DNA of 63,995 nt, filler included, from Caldilineae bacterium (lineage in GTDB: Bacteria > Chloroflexota > Anaerolineae > DTLA01): assembly GCA_037446815.1 (NCBI GenBank). It is 3 parts of 3 records of this genome, joined end to end, with 100 filler letters (N's around TTAATTAATTAA, not from the genome) between each part and the next. Parts side by side here need not be neighbours in the genome. Positions count along the whole stretch, not along the records: positions 54,422 to 63,995 come from JBBIHX010000113.1; 2 more parts are not named here. One strand, given 5' to 3'. The translations under genes and the position numbers were made by a program. How positions within the stretch are numbered: the first letter of the stretch is position 1; the number at the start of each line of letters is the position of its first letter. Positions 58,032 through 63,995 of the stretch are shown here, in pieces. The notes beneath the pieces were generated by a model, which had not been told where the DNA came from, made no database searches, and worked only from the letters and a program-made list of their open reading frames with translations.

Positions 58032-59339
58032 ATGAAATCCAAGATGTACCTTGTGATCGTAGCAGCGGTTGTAACCAGCCTGCTGCTGGGCGCGTGCGCG
58101 ACGCCTGCGCCGACGGCAACGCCGACCAAACCACCGGCCCAGCCGACAACCCCACCGGCCCAACCGACGACACCGCCGGCCCAGCCGACGGCCACAAAGC
58201 CCAAACCGCCCGAGTTCATTGAAGTCGGCGCGGTCGTTCCGCTCACCGGGCGGTTCGGCTCTCTGGGCGCCATGGTCAAGCCCGGCTACGAATTCGCCGT
58301 GGCTGACATCAACGCCGCCGGCGGCATCTACGTGAAAGAGTACGACGCGAAGATCCCCATCCGCCTCACCATCTACGACGACGAGTCGGATCCCACCAAG
58401 ACGGTGAGCAAGATGGAGACCCTGTTCTCGGAGAACAAGATCGTGGCCTACCTGGGTGGCGCAGGCAGCGATATGCACGCGGCTGCGGCTCCCATCGCTG
58501 AGAAGAACAAGGTCCCGTATCTGGGGATTGCGTTCGCGCTGTACCAGATTCACCAGAAGGGCTATAAGTACCTGTTCTCTCCGTTCCCCAAGTCGCCCGC
58601 GCAGACGCGCGACGTGTTTGAGGTCTTGAACACGCTGCCCGCCGATCAGCGCCCGACGAAGATTGCAATCTTCCAGGAGAAGACGGACTGGGGCATTGAA
58701 CTCGCCAATCTGTGGAAAGAGAATGCCGCCAAGTACGGGTACACCATCGCGGTCCACGAGGAGTACACGCCGAAGGCTAGCGACTTCTCGGCGCTGATCC
58801 TGAAGGCAAAGGATGCTGGGGCCGATGCGCTGTTCTGCGTGCCCACCATGCCCGACGGCATCACGCTGTTCAAGCAGATGGCCGAATTGGGGTGGACGCC
58901 CAAGTTCAGCCTGGTGATTCGCGCGCCCGAGAACGTGCAGTGGTCGCAGACGCTCGGCAAGATCGGCGACTACGCCACAATGTTTGCGGGCTGGCACAAC
59001 GGCGAGAAATTCCCCGGCGTGGCCGAACTGAACGCCAAGTATCAGGCGCAGTTTGGGCGGCCTGCCGACCTGCTCACCGGCCCGGCCTACGCTTGTGTGC
59101 AGATTCTGGCGGACGCCATTGAGCGCGCGGGCACGCTGGACCGAGACGCAATCCGCGATGCCATTGCGGCGACCAACATGATGACCGTGATCGGCCCGGT
59201 TACCTTCAATGCCGATGGCACGGGCAATGTGGTGAACCCGCTCTCGCAGTGGCAGAACGGCAAGTTGGAGTTGGTGTGGCCAGCCGATCAGGCTACCGCG
59301 CCTCTGGCCTATCCCGCTGTTCCGTTTGACAAGAGGTAA
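58032..59339 (+). CDS. LIV/HAAT-family substrate-binding lipoprotein
   Basis: Lipobox LGAC, PPAQPTT linker, VPLTG, INAAGG, YDDESDP, QWQNG. Confidence 0.92.
   Translation: MKSKMYLVIVAAVVTSLLLGACATPAPTATPTKPPAQPTTPPAQPTTPPAQPTATKPKPPEFIEVGAVVPLTGRFGSLGAMVKPGYEFAVADINAAGGIYVKEYDAKIPIRLTIYDDESDPTKTVSKMETLFSENKIVAYLGGAGSDMHAAAAPIAEKNKVPYLGIAFALYQIHQKGYKYLFSPFPKSPAQTRDVFEVLNTLPADQRPTKIAIFQEKTDWGIELANLWKENAAKYGYTIAVHEEYTPKASDFSALILKAKDAGADALFCVPTMPDGITLFKQMAELGWTPKFSLVIRAPENVQWSQTLGKIGDYATMFAGWHNGEKFPGVAELNAKYQAQFGRPADLLTGPAYACVQILADAIERAGTLDRDAIRDAIAATNMMTVIGPVTFNADGTGNVVNPLSQWQNGKLELVWPADQATAPLAYPAVPFDKR
58131..58193 (+). repeat. 3 x 21-bp coding tandem repeat (PPAQPTT/PPAQPTA)
   Basis: CCACCGGCCCAGCCGACAACC / CCACCGGCCCAACCGACGACA / CCGCCGGCCCAGCCGACGGCC. 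Confidence 0.85.
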
Positions 59340-59365
59340 GAGACCGACAGGGTAAGCAGACGGTT

Positions 59366-59412
59366 GCCTGCGGCGGTGTGTAGCCCCGCGGGGGTGAATC
59401 ATCGCCGCAGGC
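59366..59412 (+). terminator. Stem-loop after the SBP gene
   Basis: GCCTGCGGCGGTG...CATCGCCGCAGGC. No U-tract. Confidence 0.45.
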
Positions 59413-59470
59413 CCCGCCCACGGGAATTCTGTGGACAGACGCTGATTGAGCCCAGGAGAAGACTGATTCC

Positions 59471-60574
59471 ATGCCCGGTATCCGTCGCGTGGACGTGCCC
59501 ACCAACCGAATCACGGATGCAATCCAGCGGATTGACATGCGCAATACGGCCTACGGCCTTGCCACTCGGGGCGAGTACGGGCCGGTGGTGCAGCGGCACA
59601 TGCAGCGCACACTGCCCGAGAAGTATCCGCTGTCGGCGGCGCAGAAGGACATCGTGGACTACATGGCCGCGATGGCTGCCAACCCTGTCGCGCCGCAGAT
59701 CGCGCCGGTCCCGGCCGACCCGGAAGCGCTATCGCGCCACATGAAGGCCGTATGCCGATTCATGAAGGCCGATGCCGTGGGCATCTGCCGAGTCCCAACG
59801 TATGCGTACTACAAGTGCGACAAGCAGGGGAACCCGATAGAGCCCGCATTCCCGAATGCCATCATGATCGCCATGCGCAAGGACTGGGCAACCGTCCGCG
59901 CGTCCACGGGCAGGGACTGGATCGGAGACCCGGTTTCGTTTCAGGCGTATACGCACCTGGCGCTGGTTGCCGAGATCGTCGCCAACTATGTCAGGCGCTT
60001 GGGCTGGAACGCTTCGGCGCAGTACGGGCCGTCGTTCGTGAACCGCTACTCGGTGCTGCTGCCGCCGCTGCTTCTGTGGGCCGGCCTCGGTGAAATCAGC
60101 CGGGCGGGCATCGTGCTCAGCCCGACGCTGGGGCTGGGGTTCAAGGCGGCCGCCGTTCTTACCGACATGCCGCTGGCCCCCGACAAGCCCATAGACTTTG
60201 GGCTCCAGCGTTTCTGCCAGACTTGCCACATCTGCGCGGACAATTGTCCGAGCCATGCGATTCCCAGGGGCGACAAGGTTCTGTACAACGGCTACGAGAC
60301 GTGGAAACTGGACACGCAGCGGTGCGCGAGTTTCAATTTCACCAACGCCAAAGGCACGATGTGTAACCGGTGCGTCAAGGTGTGCCCGTGGACGGCGCCA
60401 TCGGTCTGGCCCTACAACGTGGTGCATCGTCTGGGGATGGGTTCGCGGCTGATGCAGCGCGTCGCGATCCGCCTGGCGGGCCTTCTGGACACGAACGGCG
60501 CTCGGCCGCACGAGAAGTGGTGGTATGACCTGGAGGATGTCGGGGATCGCCTAGAGTGGCGTGGCAACGGCTAG
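59471..60574 (+). CDS. Cobalamin-dependent reductive dehalogenase-like protein, short cytoplasmic form
   Basis: ADAVGIC, AGLGEISRAG, FKAAAVLTDMPLAPDKPIDFG, FCQTCHICADNCPSHAI, WKLD..RC, CNRCVKVCPW, KWW.DLE. No twin-arginine leader. Confidence 0.82.
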   Translation: MPGIRRVDVPTNRITDAIQRIDMRNTAYGLATRGEYGPVVQRHMQRTLPEKYPLSAAQKDIVDYMAAMAANPVAPQIAPVPADPEALSRHMKAVCRFMKADAVGICRVPTYAYYKCDKQGNPIEPAFPNAIMIAMRKDWATVRASTGRDWIGDPVSFQAYTHLALVAEIVANYVRRLGWNASAQYGPSFVNRYSVLLPPLLLWAGLGEISRAGIVLSPTLGLGFKAAAVLTDMPLAPDKPIDFGLQRFCQTCHICADNCPSHAIPRGDKVLYNGYETWKLDTQRCASFNFTNAKGTMCNRCVKVCPWTAPSVWPYNVVHRLGMGSRLMQRVAIRLAGLLDTNGARPHEKWWYDLEDVGDRLEWRGNG

Positions 60575-60733
60575 GAGGCAGAAGTTTCATCGTTTGGAAT
60601 CATTCGTTGAGTGATTTGTTGATTACCGAGGTTGCGCAGTGGGTGCCCACGATTCGCCGCGTCCATTCGGGCGGGCGCCGACCTGCGCAGGCCCGCGGTT
60701 CATTCTCAGAAATCAGTTTGTATGGAGGTTGCG

Positions 60734-61408
60734 ATGACGGAAACATACACGTTGGCGGAAGCCACCATGAAGGTTATCCAGGACCGCCGGAGCATCCGCT
60801 CCTTCACCGACGAGCCGGTGTCCGAAGAGGCCATCCGGATGATCCTGGAGGCAGCGCGACAGGCCCCGTCGGGTGAGAACGCCCAGCCGTGGCGGTTCAT
60901 CGTGGTGCGGGATGCCGAGACGCGTAAGGCGCTCGGAGCCATTGGCGGGGGAGGCAGCGGCCGCCGCTTCACGGCCGAGTTTGTTACCAAGAAGATGCAG
61001 GAGCGTTTCGCGGGTCTTCAGGACGAAGAGAAGAAGAAGGCGGCCTTTGAGAAATTGACGTCCGGCAATGTTTCGGCGTTTCTGGCCGACGCGCCTGTGG
61101 ATATCGTGGTGTGCGGGCGCAAGAACGTTTGGGACTTGCCCTACGACACCTCGGCGGCCATTGAGAACATGCTGCTGATGGTAACGGGGCTTGGCCTGGG
61201 CGCGTGCTGGGTCATTGCGCCGTGCATTGACGTGCGGGACGAGGAGCGGCTGCATAAGTTGCTCAACGTCCCCGACGACATCAAGATCGTGAGCATTATC
61301 GCCATCGGGCACCCGACCCGGCCGCATCGCCCGCGACCGCGCTTGCCGCTGCACGAATTGGTCTACAACGAGGTCTGGGGGACCCCGTACTACAAGGAGG
61401 AAGCATGA
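60734..61408 (+). CDS. Nitroreductase-family flavoprotein
   Basis: RRSIRSF, APSGENAQPWRFIVV, AAIENMLL..TGLGLGACW, IAIGHP. Confidence 0.9.
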   Translation: MTETYTLAEATMKVIQDRRSIRSFTDEPVSEEAIRMILEAARQAPSGENAQPWRFIVVRDAETRKALGAIGGGGSGRRFTAEFVTKKMQERFAGLQDEEKKKAAFEKLTSGNVSAFLADAPVDIVVCGRKNVWDLPYDTSAAIENMLLMVTGLGLGACWVIAPCIDVRDEERLHKLLNVPDDIKIVSIIAIGHPTRPHRPRPRLPLHELVYNEVWGTPYYKEEA

Positions 61409-61866
61409 CACGCGAGAATCTGCCCAGCGATTACGCGAATAGCGTCATCTACGAGATTCAAAAGGCATTTTGGGATGAGCGCGGCAACGGCGCCCGATTC
61501 CGGCTGACGACGGTGGGGCGCGAGTACTTCTCGGACAAGTGCCTGGCCCAAATCCACGGCGAATCGGTTGGCGAGATTGTGCAGGGCATTGGCAAGGCTC
61601 TCGCCGAGGAGGGCATCGCAGCGGGCATGTCCTACGAGGAAGAGGATCGCATCGTGCGGCTGAAAATCCCCGGCTGCCTGCATCAAAGCGTGGAGCGCCG
61701 ATTCCTCGCCGCCGGAGCCGAGCCGCTAATGTGTGTCCCCGCGAACCTGGTGGTGCTGGCGGTGGAGGCGGTGCTGAAGCGCCCGGCGGAAATCGCGGAA
61801 ATCAAGGTCGGCGACGACGGCTGCGAGGTTACGCTCGTTCTGTTTGAACCGCGGCCGGGACTGTAG
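61405..61866 (+). CDS. Hypothetical protein, possible V4R/H-NOX-like ligand-binding fold
   Basis: 153 aa. Spaced Cys pattern GCLH...MCVP...GCEV. Overlaps the nitroreductase stop (ATGA). Confidence 0.6.
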   Translation: MTRENLPSDYANSVIYEIQKAFWDERGNGARFRLTTVGREYFSDKCLAQIHGESVGEIVQGIGKALAEEGIAAGMSYEEEDRIVRLKIPGCLHQSVERRFLAAGAEPLMCVPANLVVLAVEAVLKRPAEIAEIKVGDDGCEVTLVLFEPRPGL

Positions 61867-61884
61867 ACACGGAGGATAAGAGGC

Positions 61885-62784
61885 ATGGACAAAGTCGTTA
61901 CTCTCTCCGAAGCGGTTGCGTCCATTCCGAGCGGCGCTCATGTGGCGCTGTCGGGCTTCGCCATCACCCGGGCTACCATGGCCTTCGCTGCCGAAGTGCT
62001 GCGGCAGGGCATCCGCGACCTGACGGTGTCGCAGTGCGTCGGGGCGATGGACGCGGACCTGCTGGTGGGCGGCGGCGCGGTCTCCCGCATCCTGTATGGC
62101 GGCGGCTCGCTGGACCGCTTCGGCCGCCTGGCCTGCGTGAACCGCGCCATTGAGGAAGGGAGCATCGTCGCCGAGGAATACAGCAGCCTCTCCATGGTGT
62201 TCCGCTACATGGCGGGGGCGCTGGGGTTGCCCTTTGTGCCCATTCGGTCGTTGCGCGGCTCCGACACGCTGGCGCATCTGGAGGAGGTCGCCCCGTCGGC
62301 CACAGCCTACGTGGACGACCCGTTCACCGGTGACCGCTGGCTGGCCCTGCGGCCGCTGAATCCCGATGTGGCGGTGGTGCAGGTGCAGGTGGCCGACCCG
62401 GAGGGCAACGCGTGGATTTACGGCCCGCGATGGGACAACGAGGAGCAGGTCAAGGCCAGCAAGCGAACCATCGTCATCACGGAGCAATTGGTGCCGACGG
62501 AAGTCATCCGCCGCGATCCCGAGCGCACGGTGATTCACGGGTTCCGCGTGTCGCACGTGGTGCGCCTGCCGTTCTCGGCGCACCCGACAGCCGTGTACCG
62601 CGCCTATGACTACGACGCGGATCACATCCGCCTGTACGCGGAAGCCGCGAAGACTCCCGAAGGGATGCGCGCGTATCTGGACAAGTACGTGTACGGCGTC
62701 AAGGATCACTGGGAATACCTGGAACTCCTCGGCGGGGTGCGGCACCTGACGAAACTGGCCGCGGATCCCATCCTGGGCTACTGA
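61885..62784 (+). CDS. Family I CoA-transferase subunit A (GctA/PcaI-like)
   Basis: DKVVTLSEAV, DLLVGGG, AGALGLPFVP, DPFTG, PDVA, ADPEGN, AHP...YDYD. Confidence 0.9.
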   Translation: MDKVVTLSEAVASIPSGAHVALSGFAITRATMAFAAEVLRQGIRDLTVSQCVGAMDADLLVGGGAVSRILYGGGSLDRFGRLACVNRAIEEGSIVAEEYSSLSMVFRYMAGALGLPFVPIRSLRGSDTLAHLEEVAPSATAYVDDPFTGDRWLALRPLNPDVAVVQVQVADPEGNAWIYGPRWDNEEQVKASKRTIVITEQLVPTEVIRRDPERTVIHGFRVSHVVRLPFSAHPTAVYRAYDYDADHIRLYAEAAKTPEGMRAYLDKYVYGVKDHWEYLELLGGVRHLTKLAADPILGY

Positions 62785-62798
62785 TGGAGGCACTGGAC

Positions 62799-63569
62799 AT
62801 GAGCGAAGATGTTGCATATACTCCATTTGAATTGATGGCGGTGGCCGGCGCTCGCGAACTCAAGAACGGGGAGATCGTGGCCGTTGGGCTGGGGCTGCCC
62901 GTCGTGGCCACTTTCCTGGCGAAGCGCACCCACGCGCCGGACATTACCATCATGTTTGAACTGGGCGTGATTGACCCCGAGCCGATCCATACGGGCGTGG
63001 GGCTGGCAGACCCTCGGGTCTGGTACCGCGCCAAGGTGCTGAGCAGTTTCGTGGATATGCTGGGGTCGGTGCTGCACGGCGGGCGCGTGGACGTGGGCTT
63101 CCTGGGCGGACTGGAAACCGACGCCTATGGCAACCTGAACACGACGCTCCTCGGCGACCCGAAGGGCAAGTTCCGGCACTTCGTGGGGAGCGGCGGGGCG
63201 AATGACATTGCGTCGTCCTCGCGCCGAACGATTATCATCATCCGGCACGAGGAGCGCAAGTTGAAAGAGGCGGTGTCGTTCATCACCAGCCCTGGATACA
63301 TCCGAGGCGACGGGCAACGCGCCCAGGCGGGCCTGACGGGCGGGCCGAGCCGCGTCATCACCGACAAGGCCATCTTCGGGTTTGACCCCGAGACCAAGCG
63401 CATGACGCTGCTGTCCATCCACCCGGGGTGCGCGCTGGAGGATGTGCTGGGGACGATGGGGTTCAAGCCCATCGTGCCCGCGCATGTGCCCTTCACGGAG
63501 CCGCCGACGCCCGAGCAGGTGCGCATCATCCGAGAAGAGATTGACCCCGAGGGGATTTACTCCGGCTAG
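62799..63569 (+). CDS. Family I CoA-transferase subunit B (GctB/PcaJ-like)
   Basis: VGLGLP, catalytic Glu in MFELG, DVGFLGG..D.YGNLN, GSGGANDI, FITSPG. Confidence 0.9.
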   Translation: MSEDVAYTPFELMAVAGARELKNGEIVAVGLGLPVVATFLAKRTHAPDITIMFELGVIDPEPIHTGVGLADPRVWYRAKVLSSFVDMLGSVLHGGRVDVGFLGGLETDAYGNLNTTLLGDPKGKFRHFVGSGGANDIASSSRRTIIIIRHEERKLKEAVSFITSPGYIRGDGQRAQAGLTGGPSRVITDKAIFGFDPETKRMTLLSIHPGCALEDVLGTMGFKPIVPAHVPFTEPPTPEQVRIIREEIDPEGIYSG

Positions 63570-63606
63570 GGGACGCGCGTGTGAGTCTATCAAGGAAGAG
63601 ACGATT

Positions 63607-63828
63607 ATGCCTTACGTGGTAACCGACAAGTGTGAACAGTGTGGCATCTGCGTGGCAGGATGTCCGGTGGGCGCCATCACCGAAGAAGCCACCAAGTCCG
63701 AGATCCACCCGGATATCTGCATAGAGTGCGGCACGTGCCACGACAATTGCCCGTTTGAGGCCATCATCTTCGTGGAGGAGGAAGAGGTCGCGGATAGCGG
63801 CGCGGTGGGCGCGGCCAAAGGGGCGTAG
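63607..63828 (+). CDS. 2x[4Fe-4S] ferredoxin
   Basis: CEQCGICVAGCP and CIECGTCHDNCP. 73 aa. Confidence 0.9.
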   Translation: MPYVVTDKCEQCGICVAGCPVGAITEEATKSEIHPDICIECGTCHDNCPFEAIIFVEEEEVADSGAVGAAKGA

Positions 63829-63933
63829 AGCGACGCCGTTCGCTTTCGGCTTGGGGCAGTTGCGGCCGACCGCGCGGTTCAATTAAGGGTAGGTGGTGCA
63901 GAGTCCTCGCCGGGTCATCTGCGCCTTCCTATG

Positions 63934-63966
63934 TGGACGCCACCCTGGTTGTTGGGGTGGCGTCCA
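63934..63966 (+). terminator. Hairpin downstream of the cluster, followed by the start of a REP
   Basis: TGGACGCCACCC...GGGTGGCGTCCA, then GAGATTCCTCGCGGCTTC at the window end. Confidence 0.45.
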
Positions 63967-63995
63967 TGCTTCGGCGGGAGATTCCTCGCGGCTTC

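Noticed and set aside
59340..59470. Cobalamin riboswitch upstream of the B12 enzyme
   Set aside because: No recognisable B12-box or conserved core, only a simple hairpin.
59471..60574. Epoxyqueuosine reductase QueG as the alternative call
   Set aside because: It lacks the QueG-type CISYxTIE and GCDxCQ motifs and shows RdhA-type DKPIDFG, WKxD and KWW motifs. A phylogeny is still needed to settle it.
60734..61408. Iodotyrosine deiodinase or BluB
   Set aside because: Only generic nitroreductase motifs are recognisable. I cannot see subfamily-specific residues.

Overview
High-GC bacterial sequence, most likely an anaerobic Chloroflexota (Anaerolineae-like) genome bin; the taxon is inferred from gene content and Pro/Thr-rich lipoprotein linkers. 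The window is three contigs joined by artificial N-TTAATTAATTAA-N spacers (27130-27229, 54322-54421), so adjacency across the joins is meaningless. Contig 1 (1-27129) carries a minus-strand housekeeping block: 2-oxoacid:ferredoxin oxidoreductase delta/alpha/beta/gamma, an HD-domain tRNA nucleotidyltransferase, a PP2C-like phosphatase, a small P-loop protein, secD, secF and thiI. It also carries a ~17-kb catabolic block bracketed by two identical 242-bp composite-REP direct repeats: two UroD/MtaA-like proteins, DUF917, IclR, kdgK, eda, Fe-S flavoprotein, ferredoxin-like subunit, AOR-family oxidoreductase, MoaD, an Opp/Dpp-type ABC system, an SDR and a Cys-rich small protein. Contig 2 (27230-54321) holds a membrane-fused spermidine-synthase-like protein, rph, a Wzz/tyrosine kinase/phosphatase/rfbA/B12-radical SAM/rfbB polysaccharide locus, an S8 protease, a second AOR, a class A PBP, an IS4 remnant inside a palindrome, DUF456, MATE, a NarL regulator, a YghO/ceramide-synthase-like GNAT, an FAD oxidoreductase, a TPR-L,D-transpeptidase, a coiled-coil protein and selB. 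Contig 3 (54422-63995) is one plus-strand gene cluster behind a near-consensus promoter and a triple operator array: LIV-type ABC importer, a short TAT-less cobalamin reductive-dehalogenase-like enzyme, nitroreductase, V4R-like protein, two-subunit CoA-transferase and ferredoxin. This cluster is the best candidate for an undescribed system (cytoplasmic uptake, CoA activation and reductive dehalogenation of a halo-organic acid). Intergenic spaces contain mosaics of several REP-like palindrome families. All family calls come from motif recognition, not database searches.
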